Positions 34,516 to 42,866 of a DNA stretch of 56,537 bases are shown here, in pieces; the first letter of the stretch is position 1; each line of letters opens with the position of its first letter. Location: assembly GCA_964550035.1 (NCBI GenBank), contig CAZJVU010000007.1, positions 1-56,537 on the forward strand. The letters are read 5' to 3'. Source of the stretch: an uncultured Candidatus Saccharibacteria bacterium (lineage in GTDB: Bacteria; Patescibacteriota; Saccharimonadia; Saccharimonadales; EFPC-124). Under the pieces are notes generated by a model, which worked only from the letters and a program-made list of their open reading frames with translations, was not told the origin of the DNA and did no database searches. Position numbers and translations under genes: made by a program.

Positions 34516-34592
34516 TGGTGGGCTCTAGAGGACTCGAACCTCTGACCTCTTCCACGTCAAGGAAGCGCTCTAGCCAACTGAGCTAAGAGCCC
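34516..34592 (-). tRNA. tRNA-Val (anticodon GAC)
   Basis: Reverse complement folds as GGGCUCU..UUGACGU..AGAGG-UUCGAGU-CCUCU-AGAGCCC-A-CCA. Confidence 0.9.
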
Positions 34593-34790
34593 GAAAGGAC
34601 CCTTCAAATATAAAACAAATCAACAGATTGCACAAGAGAGGATTGCGGCCAACCACCGGAGGCGCTAGAATAAAGGTCAAGATGTGTCAATTATGGAAGG
34701 CTACCACTCTAACCACGACAACCCCTTAGGGGGTACTTTTACATTGCACTAGATCTCTTTATATATAAAGTAAGCCAAAGGAAAACTTCC

Positions 34791-36620
34791 ATGAAATCTA
34801 ATGAAAACGACCTGCACGCCATGCGTCACTCACTTGCGCACATTACTGCCGCTGCAGTGAAGCGACTATGGCCAAGCGCAAAGTTCGGTGTCGGCCCCGT
34901 CGTCGAGAACGGATACTACTATGATATCGACCTGGGTAACGGCAATACCATCTCTGAAGCTGACTTCCCAAAGATTGAAAAAGAAATGAAAAAAATTGCG
35001 GCCGAAGATCAGCCGTTCGAACGGTTTACTATGCCCGTCGATGAAGCGATTGCTTGGGCAAAAGAGAATAATCAGCCCTACAAAGAAGAACTTTTGAACG
35101 ATCTCAAACGCGCAGGCACCACCGTCGCCAAGGAGCTTGATAGTGATGAGCTAGGGCTCGCGGCGAGTGAAGAGAGTAAAGTCAATGAGGTCTCATTCTA
35201 TAAGAATGGTGACTTTACCGACCTCTGTCGTGGCCCTCACGTCGAGAGTACTGGCAGGGTTGGTGCGTTTAAACTACAGAAGGTAGCGGGGGCATACTGG
35301 CGAGGCAAGGAAGGTAACCCTCAGATGCAACGTCTCTATGGTGTGGCGTTCCCGTCTCGACAGGAACTCGACGAATACCTCAAGGCTGTCAAAGAAGCGA
35401 AGCTACGCGACCACCGGTTACTCGGCAAGCAACTTGACCTCTTTACATTCTCTGAGCTTGTTGGTCCTGGGCTGCCACTCTTTACTCCACGCGGCACCAC
35501 CATTCGTAACCTCCTGAAGAGTACGCTCATCCAGGTGGGTAAGAAGTATGGGGGCGAGGAAGTAGGCATACCACATATCGCCAAGCGAGAACTCTACGAA
35601 ATTTCCGGCCATGCGCAGAAGTTCAGCGAGGAGCTCTTTGAGGTGAAGAGCCATTACGACATCGATTTTGTAATGAAGCCGGTAAATTGTCCGCACCACA
35701 CGCAGATTTTTGCTTCGCGGCCACGCAGTTACCGTGAGCTGCCAATCAGCTATATGGAATCTACTATGCAGTACCGCGACGAAAAGCCTGGACAGATTGG
35801 CGGATTAACTCGCGTACGTGCTATCACCGTCGACGACGGCCATATCTTCTGTACACCTAACCAGATTAAAGAAGTTGCGACTGACCTCTGCAAGTTTATT
35901 GAAGAGTTTCACTCCAGCCTCGGTATGTATGGCGACCACTGGGTTTCACTGTCAGTTCGGGACTACAGCAAGCCTGAGGGCTACGTAGGCGACCCTGCAG
36001 ATTGGGACAAAGCAGAACAAATGTTAGCCGATCTATCAGAAGAGCTTGGCCTCAACGCAAAGCGCATGGAAGGCGAAGCCGCGCTGTACGGCCCGAAGCT
36101 CGACTTTATGTATCGCGACGTGCTTGGCAACGAACGGCAGCTTTCGACGGTTCAGCTGGACTTCGCTACTCCTAAGCGATTCGGCTTAACCTATGTGAAC
36201 GAACAAGGAGAAGATGTCGCGCCGGTGATGATTCACCGCGCCATTCTCGGTTCGTACGAGCGCTTTATGGCGATCCTGCTCGAGAAGACCGCCGGCTGGT
36301 TGCCGCTTTGGCTTGCTCCAGAGCAGGTTCGAATCTTGACTATCAATGATGCTGTGGCGGAGTATGCCGACAAAGTTCGCGCGATCCTTGACGACACAGT
36401 TCTCATGCAGCCGCTCAAATACAATGAGATTCGCTATGGTATCGACCAGCGCAATGAATCGCTTGGGCGCAAAATTCGTGATGCCGTTGAGTTAAAGATA
36501 CCGGTACTCATCATCGTTGGCCCCCGTGACGTTGCCGAGAACAAGGTGAGTGTACGCGTTAAAGGCCAAGAGCAGACTGTTGCATTGACTGAGCTCGAGT
36601 CATTCCTAAAGTCGCTATGA
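34791..36620 (+). CDS. thrS: Threonine--tRNA ligase (no N-terminal TGS domain)
   Basis: Starts at the editing-domain motif RHSLAHI. Also DLCRGPHV, class II motifs (GLTRVRAITVDDGHIF; HRAILGSYERF) and the anticodon-binding domain. Confidence 0.93.
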   Translation: MKSNENDLHAMRHSLAHITAAAVKRLWPSAKFGVGPVVENGYYYDIDLGNGNTISEADFPKIEKEMKKIAAEDQPFERFTMPVDEAIAWAKENNQPYKEELLNDLKRAGTTVAKELDSDELGLAASEESKVNEVSFYKNGDFTDLCRGPHVESTGRVGAFKLQKVAGAYWRGKEGNPQMQRLYGVAFPSRQELDEYLKAVKEAKLRDHRLLGKQLDLFTFSELVGPGLPLFTPRGTTIRNLLKSTLIQVGKKYGGEEVGIPHIAKRELYEISGHAQKFSEELFEVKSHYDIDFVMKPVNCPHHTQIFASRPRSYRELPISYMESTMQYRDEKPGQIGGLTRVRAITVDDGHIFCTPNQIKEVATDLCKFIEEFHSSLGMYGDHWVSLSVRDYSKPEGYVGDPADWDKAEQMLADLSEELGLNAKRMEGEAALYGPKLDFMYRDVLGNERQLSTVQLDFATPKRFGLTYVNEQGEDVAPVMIHRAILGSYERFMAILLEKTAGWLPLWLAPEQVRILTINDAVAEYADKVRAILDDTVLMQPLKYNEIRYGIDQRNESLGRKIRDAVELKIPVLIIVGPRDVAENKVSVRVKGQEQTVALTELESFLKSL

Positions 36621-36940
36621 CGAAGATAGACGAGCAGTTTAAAGAACGAGTGTATGCACTGGTGGCGCAGATCCCACAGGGTCATTTCATGACCTATGGA
36701 CAGCTCGCAGCTCTCTGTGGCGAGCCGCGAGCTGCCTGGGAGGTCGGTCAGATCGCGCATAGTGGTCCTACGGACTTACCCTGGCAGCGCGTTGTCAATA
36801 AGCAGGGTGGGCTGGCAGTCGGGTGGCCGAATGGCGGCCAGGAGGCACATCGTGCCGTGCTTGAGGCGGAAGGCGTGGAAGTGGGTGATGATTATAAGGT
36901 AGACATCGCCCGCCTCCAGTGGTGGCCTGATGCGCGGTAA
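36617..36940 (+). CDS. Alkyltransferase-like (ATL) protein, MGMT DNA-binding domain without the active-site Cys
   Basis: TYGQLAALCG helix, and LPWQRVVN where MGMT has PCHRV. ATGA overlap with the thrS stop. Confidence 0.78.
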   Translation: MTKIDEQFKERVYALVAQIPQGHFMTYGQLAALCGEPRAAWEVGQIAHSGPTDLPWQRVVNKQGGLAVGWPNGGQEAHRAVLEAEGVEVGDDYKVDIARLQWWPDAR

Positions 36941-37802
36941 GAGAGCGCCGCTTGTGGTCATCGTCGGCCCTACGGCGAGTGGCAAAAGCGCTTTGGCGAT
37001 GAAAATCGCCAATAAATATAACGGAGAGATTATTGCGGCAGATTCACGTACGGTGTACCGAGGTATGGACATAGGCACTGCGAAACCTACGACAGAGGAC
37101 CGGCGTCGCGTACGACACCATCTCCTGGACGTGCGTAATCCAGATGAGTCATTTAGCGCCGCTGAATTCAAAGCCATGGCAAATGCTGCGGTACACGATA
37201 TAGAGGCCAGAGGGAAGCTCCCGATCTTGGTGGGTGGAACCGGGCTCTATATAGATGCAGTAATCTATAACTATCAGTTTGGGCCAGCGGCTGACGAGAC
37301 AAAGCGCGCTGCGTTAAACAAGCTTTCTATCGAAGAGCTCCAAGTCTTATGTAGAGAAAATAACATCGATTTGCCAATCAATAGCCAGAATAAACGTCAT
37401 CTGATACGTGCAGTTGAGTTGGGCGGTCTAGTGAAGCACAAAAAGAGGCTTCGAGAAGATATTTTTGTTGTAGGTATATCTACAGAAAGAGAAGTTTTGC
37501 GAAAAAGAATTGAAAAGAGAGCTCACGAAATGATCGCAGCTGGCGTCCTTGAGGAAGTCAGGTCTATTGGTGAGGGCTACCGGTGGAGCGGAGAAGCGCT
37601 GAAGGGGAATATCTATCGTATCTTTCGACCAGTAGTGGAGGGGACAGAATCAGTAGAAGCGGCAATAGAGGAGTTTGTGCGTAGTGATATGGCTCTCGCA
37701 AAACGTCAAATGACGTGGTTCAAGCGTAATCCGGCAATACACTGGTCAGACGACCCTGCGGACCTTCTGAATCAAGTGGGTACATTTCTTGGTCAGACTT
37801 AA
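36930..37802 (+). CDS. miaA: tRNA dimethylallyltransferase
   Basis: GPTASGKSALA and ADSRTVYRGMDIGTAKPT. Confidence 0.9.
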   Translation: MRGKRAPLVVIVGPTASGKSALAMKIANKYNGEIIAADSRTVYRGMDIGTAKPTTEDRRRVRHHLLDVRNPDESFSAAEFKAMANAAVHDIEARGKLPILVGGTGLYIDAVIYNYQFGPAADETKRAALNKLSIEELQVLCRENNIDLPINSQNKRHLIRAVELGGLVKHKKRLREDIFVVGISTEREVLRKRIEKRAHEMIAAGVLEEVRSIGEGYRWSGEALKGNIYRIFRPVVEGTESVEAAIEEFVRSDMALAKRQMTWFKRNPAIHWSDDPADLLNQVGTFLGQT

Positions 37803-37873
37803 AGGGCGTGTGACATTTTTTTAATCTTTGTTACAATCTTTAAGAGGAGAATGACCGAGAGGCAGACATAAAC

Positions 37874-38467
37874 ATGATTGACGCATTATTTGGCTCAAAG
37901 ACGAGGGTAAAATTACTGCACTTGTTCCTGAACAATCCAAACAGGGCCTTTTATGTACGCGAAATTACTCGTAAAATCGACGAACAGATTAATTCAGTCC
38001 GCCGCGAGTTGGCGAATATGCTAAGCGTAGGGATTATCAAGAGCGATAGCTCAAATAATCGACTCTACTACGAAATCAACCAAGATTATCAGCATTATGA
38101 ACCGCTGCGAGCTATCTTCGCAGACAGCCATCTGCAGTCTGAAGTGGCTGCCAGCGGAGAAGTAACAGACTGGTCGAAGCGGCTGAAGCCACTTGGTGAC
38201 GTGCGCGTGGCGCTTTTCAGCGGTAGTATGGTCCGAGGAAGCGGTAGCGAACTCGATGTTCTCTTGGCTGGCGACATAAATAAAACGCAAGCCAAGAAAT
38301 TCATGAAGTCGCTTGAAGAGGAAGAAGGTCGTAGTCTTAATTACACTATCATGAGCTACGAGGACTTCTACTACCGCCTCAGCATTAAAGACAGGTTTAT
38401 TACAGCGATCACAAGTGGTAAATTTACCGTTTTGCACGATACCGAAGGTATACTATCTAAGCAGTAA
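37874..38467 (+). CDS. Winged-helix (ArsR-like) regulator with C-terminal nucleotidyltransferase-like domain
   Basis: FGSKTRVKLLHLFLNNPNRAFYVREITRKIDEQINSVRRELANM. Confidence 0.55.
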   Translation: MIDALFGSKTRVKLLHLFLNNPNRAFYVREITRKIDEQINSVRRELANMLSVGIIKSDSSNNRLYYEINQDYQHYEPLRAIFADSHLQSEVAASGEVTDWSKRLKPLGDVRVALFSGSMVRGSGSELDVLLAGDINKTQAKKFMKSLEEEEGRSLNYTIMSYEDFYYRLSIKDRFITAITSGKFTVLHDTEGILSKQ

Positions 38468-38484
38468 GAGACAGGAGATAACTG

Positions 38485-39117
38485 ATGGACATTGAATATA
38501 AAGGTGGCAACTGCGTTGTTCTGACCGTAAAGAAGAACACAGTTGTTGTCGATCCTAAGCTTTCTGAGCTGAAGCTCAAGGACCAAGGCGCAAACGCAGC
38601 GGTGCAGCTTCTCACTCAACCTCAATTTGAAGCTCCGCACGGCGAAGATACAGTCGTTATCAGTGGACCGGGTGAGTATGAAGTAGCAAACATGTCTATA
38701 AGGGGTGTGGCCGCACAGGCGCACATAGATACTCCTGAGGACGGCAAGAGGGCTACGATATATTCTGTAGTTACTGAAGATATTTCTGTCGCTATAGTCG
38801 GGCATGTTCTGTCGAACCTTAGCGAGGACCAACTCGAGTCGCTGGGTGTTATCGACGTACTCGTCGTTCCGGTCGGTGGTGCAGGCTACACGCTTGATGC
38901 GACCGGGGCTGTTGAGCTTGTCCGCAAGATTGATCCAAAGATTGTGATCCCAACCCATTACGCTGACGCAGCGACTGCGTATCCGGTACCTCAGTCAGAG
39001 CTTGATGTGTTCGTGAAAGAGCTCGGTGCGACTGTCGAATCTTCGAACAAACTGAAGCTTAAGACTGGCACGATCGGAGAGACTCTCGTCGTCCAGCAGC
39101 TTAATCGCGTATCATAG
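38485..39117 (+). CDS. MBL-fold metal-dependent hydrolase (UPF0173-like)
   Basis: VLVVPVGGAGYTLDATGAVELVRKIDPKIVIPTHY. Confidence 0.65.
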   Translation: MDIEYKGGNCVVLTVKKNTVVVDPKLSELKLKDQGANAAVQLLTQPQFEAPHGEDTVVISGPGEYEVANMSIRGVAAQAHIDTPEDGKRATIYSVVTEDISVAIVGHVLSNLSEDQLESLGVIDVLVVPVGGAGYTLDATGAVELVRKIDPKIVIPTHYADAATAYPVPQSELDVFVKELGATVESSNKLKLKTGTIGETLVVQQLNRVS

Positions 39118-39133
39118 CGCCCAGTTCAAAACT

Positions 39134-39165
39134 AAAAACACCGCCTCATGTGGGGCGGTGTTTTT
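39134..39165. terminator. Bidirectional intrinsic terminator
   Basis: AAAAACACCGCC-tcatgtg-GGGCGGTGTTTTT, between convergent genes. Confidence 0.8.
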
Positions 39166-39185
39166 AGTAAGAGGGATAGGGTGTT

Positions 39186-39377
39186 TTAAAGAATCCCTTT
39201 TTTCTTCAGGGTTCGAATAGCTCGCGTGCTCAGGTTCATGGTGATCTTTTCGCCGTCAACGACGAAGGTCTTCTTCTGAATATTAGCTCGCAAAACACGG
39301 TGTGTACGGTGCCTCGAGTGACTAACGTGGTTACCGAAACCGTTGCCTTTACCAGTGAGTTCGCATGTTGTTGCCAT
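39186..39377 (-). CDS. rpmB: 50S ribosomal protein L28
   Basis: MATTCELTGKGNGFGNHVSHSRHRTHR. Confidence 0.9.
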   Translation of the reverse strand: MATTCELTGKGNGFGNHVSHSRHRTHRVLRANIQKKTFVVDGEKITMNLSTRAIRTLKKKGIL

Positions 39378-39472
39378 AGTTGTCTCTTTGTTACAAGTAT
39401 ACATACTACTGTTTTTTTAGCTGCAAGTCAATACTCTGATAGGTGTTAAATGCTGTTATACTAGAAAGGCTT

Positions 39473-40111
39473 ATGGAGAATATCAACATACTTTACCTAG
39501 CCGTCGTATTTGGCTCTATTTTGGTGTCTATGACGCTTCATGAGGCTATGCACGCCTTTACGAGTCATTGGCTTGGAGATGACACTGCAAAGCTTGAGGG
39601 ACGATTAACACTAAACCCGTTATCTCACATCGATCCGTTCACTACTGTCTTGCTTCCCCTGATGTTAGCAGCGCTCGGCGCACCACCATTTGGTGCGGCC
39701 AAGCCGGTGCCTTTTAATCCGAACCGGGTGAAATACGGCGAGTGGGGTGCGGCGCTCGTAGGGATCGCAGGACCACTTACGAATTTGGTTCTGGCTGTAG
39801 TGGCAGGCCTTATCATACGTGGTTTGGCTCCTGATGCAGGCGGCATTTTCTTTAATGTTTTACTGACTTTTCTGGTGGTAAATATTAGCTTCTTCGTATT
39901 CAATATGATACCGTTCCCACCACTTGATGGTTCTCGTGTACTTTATGCTATTGCTCCTGATAGCGTGCGAAATGTCATGGAGCGTATTGAGGGTATGGGG
40001 TTTATGGCCATTGCACTGTTCATGGTACTCTTCTATACGCTACTCAGCGATCCGTTCTTGCGATTGATTACATTCCTCGTGTCGCTTCTTTCGGGTTACA
40101 GTGTTTTATAA
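39473..40111 (+). CDS. Site-2 protease family (M50) membrane metalloprotease
   Basis: HEAMHAF and NMIPFPPLDG. Confidence 0.8.
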   Translation: MENINILYLAVVFGSILVSMTLHEAMHAFTSHWLGDDTAKLEGRLTLNPLSHIDPFTTVLLPLMLAALGAPPFGAAKPVPFNPNRVKYGEWGAALVGIAGPLTNLVLAVVAGLIIRGLAPDAGGIFFNVLLTFLVVNISFFVFNMIPFPPLDGSRVLYAIAPDSVRNVMERIEGMGFMAIALFMVLFYTLLSDPFLRLITFLVSLLSGYSVL

Positions 40112-40206
40112 GCCGATAGTGATATAATAGAGTTGTCCTACGGAATGGTGGGCATGGGCACGAGATTATAGATTTTCCTCTATACTTTTGTTGATAGGGA
40201 GCTTTA

Positions 40207-40305
40207 TATGGCCAAGGACCCGTGGGTTCTGGCTGCGAGCACCCACCTGCATGTAATGCGGGGAAATCGACACTCACTGCCTAGCCCGCCGCCGGAGGAC
40301 TTTTA
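40207..40305 (+). other. GC-rich 32-codon ORF / leader immediately upstream of tRNA-Pro
   Basis: GGGAG-N7-ATG, translating to MAKDPWVLAASTHLHVMRGNRHSLPSPPPEDF*. The stop is 6 nt before the tRNA. A TATAAT lies at 40123-40128. Coding versus structured leader is unresolved. Confidence 0.25.
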
Positions 40306-40311
40306 GGTTGC

Positions 40312-40388
40312 CGGGATGTGGCGCAGTCTGGTAGCGCGCACGGCTGGGGGCCGTGAGGTCGCAGGTTCAAGTCCTGTCATCCCGACCA
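40312..40388 (+). tRNA. tRNA-Pro (anticodon GGG)
   Basis: CGGGAUG..CUGGGGG..GCAGG-UUCAAGU-CCUGU-CAUCCCG-A-CCA. Confidence 0.88.
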
Positions 40389-40438
40389 TTTGCTGAGATA
40401 GTGAATTTATTTTACAATTTGGGTATAAGGGTAGACAC

Positions 40439-41314
40439 ATGAAACAAAAAATTTCAGTTAGAGCGCTGATAAAAAATAACGAGAAGATACTATTGGTGAG
40501 ACGTGCGAGCGGCAGTCCTCAATATATTGGGCAATTCGAACTGCCGGGCGGCAAGCTCGAATTTGGCGAGGATCCTGAAGCTGCAGTTCGGCGGGAGGTC
40601 GCAGAAGAGCTTGGTATAGATGCTGGGGTAACACAGCTTTATAGAGTTATCTCTTGGCTCGATACGGTAGAGAGAGATACGCAGCATGTGATAGTCGTAT
40701 ACCTTGTGGCGCTCGCGAGCGATACAGTCAAGATTAGTCTTAGCACAGAACATGACAAATTTGTGTGGAAGGAGTTGTCAGATATACAACTTAACGGGTT
40801 AAATTCTCTAACTAAAATTGTACTCGAAGATGAGCTAAAAGAAGTAGCAACAGATACGGATGAGGCATCTAGCGTAGACACTGATACAACATATACTAAT
40901 GCTCGAGAAGTTATTGTCTACACTGATGGCGGCTCGCGTGGTAACCCTGGGCCTTCGGCGTCGGGCTTCGTTATTTATGCAGCCGACGGAGAGCTCCTCT
41001 TTGAAGGCGGGAAATACCTAGGTGTAACCACGAATAATCAAGCTGAGTACCAGGCGGTTCGCTTGGGGCTTGAGAAGGCGCTCGAGCTAAATGCTCAGGC
41101 TGTAAGTTTTCGACTCGATAGTCAGCTCGTGGCTAATCAGCTAACTGGAGTGTACCAGATAAAAAACAGAGATCTATGGCCAATCCATACAAGTATCAAA
41201 GAGCTTATAGGGAAGTTTAGAAAGGTAACGTTTACTCACGTTCGCCGCGAGTTCAATAAAGAGGCCGACGCCATGGTTAATAAAATCCTGGATCAGCATA
41301 CGCAGAGTACATAA
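40439..41314 (+). CDS. NUDIX hydrolase - RNase HI fusion protein
   Basis: N-terminal Nudix box GGKLEFGEDPEAAVRREVAEELGI. C-terminal RNase H with DEDD residues (VYTDGGS, NNQAEYQAV, LDSQLV, NKEADAMV). Confidence 0.85.
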   Translation: MKQKISVRALIKNNEKILLVRRASGSPQYIGQFELPGGKLEFGEDPEAAVRREVAEELGIDAGVTQLYRVISWLDTVERDTQHVIVVYLVALASDTVKISLSTEHDKFVWKELSDIQLNGLNSLTKIVLEDELKEVATDTDEASSVDTDTTYTNAREVIVYTDGGSRGNPGPSASGFVIYAADGELLFEGGKYLGVTTNNQAEYQAVRLGLEKALELNAQAVSFRLDSQLVANQLTGVYQIKNRDLWPIHTSIKELIGKFRKVTFTHVRREFNKEADAMVNKILDQHTQST

Positions 41315-41352
41315 CCTTTTTACATTTCGGATAGATTTCAGTATAATAACAG

Positions 41353-41708
41353 ATGTCAGACTGCTGAATGGTCGCTTGATTTTCGAATCAAGAGGAAAGT
41401 CCGGGCAGCTTAGGACGAGGCAGTTGCTAACCGCAACCGGGGGCGACCCTAGGGAAAGTGCCACAGAAACGATACCGCCAGGCTTCCCGCGTGGTAAGGG
41501 TGAAAGGAGTGGGGTAAGAGCCCACAGTCAGCCTAGGCGACTAGGCTGAGAGGTAAACCCTGCCTGCTGCAAGGAGGTACGTCTTCCGCCCTCACAGGCG
41601 GTGGTGGTTCCGCCAGACGTGCCGTCTAACCGCTTGATTGTGTAAGCAATTATGCAACTAGATAGATGATCATTCTCGACAGAACCCGGCTTATAGGTAG
41701 CCTGATAT
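41353..41708 (+). ncRNA. rnpB: RNase P RNA (bacterial type A-like)
   Basis: GAGGAAAGTCCGGGC and ACAGAACCCGGCTTA signatures. P1 pairing of the ends. TATAAT at 41342-41347. Confidence 0.9.
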
Positions 41709-41709
41709 G

Positions 41710-41738
41710 AAAATACCGCCCATCAAGGGCGGTATTTT
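41710..41738. terminator. Bidirectional intrinsic terminator
   Basis: AAAATACCGCCC-atcaa-GGGCGGTATTTT, between rnpB and rplT. Confidence 0.8.
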
Positions 41739-41758
41739 CGTTTGTAAGGTTTGCGCAA

Positions 41759-42103
41759 CTATTTAGCTGCGGCCTTAACGATCTCGGTGAAGGCTTTGGG
41801 CTCAGACACGGCCAGCTCAGCCAGGACCTTACGGTTGACGCCGATGCTGTTCTTCTTCATGCCAGCAACAAGCTTTGCGTAGGTAGTGTCGTTTTCGCGT
41901 GCTGCTGCGTTTATGCGTGTGATCCAGAGGGCGCGGAGATCGCGCTTCTTGTTGCGTCGGTCACGATATGCGTATTGCAGGGCACGGATGACCGCTTGCT
42001 TGGCAAGGCGGAACGAGCTCGTACGTGCGTGCTGCATGCCTTTGGCTTGTTTCAGGATCTTTTTGTGCTTTGCGCGGGCGGTAACGCCTCGTTTAACTCT
42101 CAT
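41759..42103 (-). CDS. rplT: 50S ribosomal protein L20
   Basis: [22 protein letters not shown]. Confidence 0.92.
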   Translation of the reverse strand: MRVKRGVTARAKHKKILKQAKGMQHARTSSFRLAKQAVIRALQYAYRDRRNKKRDLRALWITRINAAARENDTTYAKLVAGMKKNSIGVNRKVLAELAVSEPKAFTEIVKAAAK

Positions 42104-42106
42104 CGA

Positions 42107-42298
42107 CTATACTCCTAGTGCGCGCTTAAGATTTTTACGGTTGGCGCCTTTTACTTCGGCACCTGTGCTAATAACTCGCTTGCGCGAGCCGCTCTTTTTT
42201 TGTTGGAAATGAGTGCCGAAGGCACGCTCACGAAACAAACCCTTCTTGGTGAGTTTAATTCGCTTCGCTGTTCCCTTGTGGGTTTTTAGCTTTGGCAT
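42107..42298 (-). CDS. rpmI: 50S ribosomal protein L35
   Basis: MPKLKTHKGTAKRIKLTKKG. Confidence 0.9.
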   Translation of the reverse strand: MPKLKTHKGTAKRIKLTKKGLFRERAFGTHFQQKKSGSRKRVISTGAEVKGANRKNLKRALGV

Positions 42299-42809
42299 TA
42301 CTGTTATTACTCCTTACTACTATGCTCAGATTCTTACCGGCGAGCTGTGGTGTTTGGTCAACAACCGCGACTTCTGACAGAGACTCGGCGATTCGTCCGA
42401 TGAGCTGGTATCCAAGTTCTTGGTGTGCCATCTCGCGTCCACGGAAGAAGACCATAATTTTTACCTTGTGGCCTTGCTCCAGGAAGCTACGGATTTTACG
42501 GAGCTTGATCTCGAGATCATTTGTGCCGATTTTGAGACCCAGCCGCATTTGCTTGACCTCTGAGGCCTTTGCATGTTTACGGTTTCGCTGCAATTCCTTT
42601 GTTCGCTGGTAGTTGAATTTACCCCAGTCGACGATACGGGCTACAGGTGGGTTGGCATTTGGTGAAATCTCAACAAGATCAAGATCGTGTCGTTCCGCCT
42701 CTGAAAGTGCTTCTGCGCGAGTCAGAATACCTATTTGGTCGCCGTCTGGACCAATTACTCGAAGTTCATTTGCCCTGATTGCTTCGTTGATCCGAACTGG
42801 TTTACTAAT
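42255..42809 (-). CDS. infC: Translation initiation factor IF-3, ATT start codon
   Basis: The N-domain is readable upstream of the tracked ORF (ISKPVRINEAIRANELRVIGPDGDQIGIL..). An in-frame ATT lies 7 nt after AAGGAG (42807-42809), with no ATG/GTG/TTG available. The C-domain is in ORF 42255-42593. Confidence 0.85.
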   Translation of the reverse strand: MSKPVRINEAIRANELRVIGPDGDQIGILTRAEALSEAERHDLDLVEISPNANPPVARIVDWGKFNYQRTKELQRNRKHAKASEVKQMRLGLKIGTNDLEIKLRKIRSFLEQGHKVKIMVFFRGREMAHQELGYQLIGRIAESLSEVAVVDQTPQLAGKNLSIVVRSNNSNAKAKNPQGNSEAN

Positions 42810-42866
42810 AGAAATACTCCTTAGCGCAGGTTATTGGTTTCGCATAACATTTTATCAGATGTACGG

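Noticed and set aside
34593-34790. T-box riboswitch in the thrS leader
   Set aside because: AGAGAG, several ACC triplets and AATTATGGAAGG are present, and UGGA would pair with the UCCA end of tRNA-Thr. I could not build Stem I or a canonical antiterminator (no GGUGGNACCGCG-like T-box), and the candidate terminator is only 5-6 bp. It needs an Rfam RF00230 scan.
40129-40311. SRP (4.5S) or 6S RNA upstream of tRNA-Pro
   Set aside because: There is no GGAA/GNRA-capped helix-8 motif with the conserved AGCA/GGAA loops, and no long end-to-end hairpin could be drawn.
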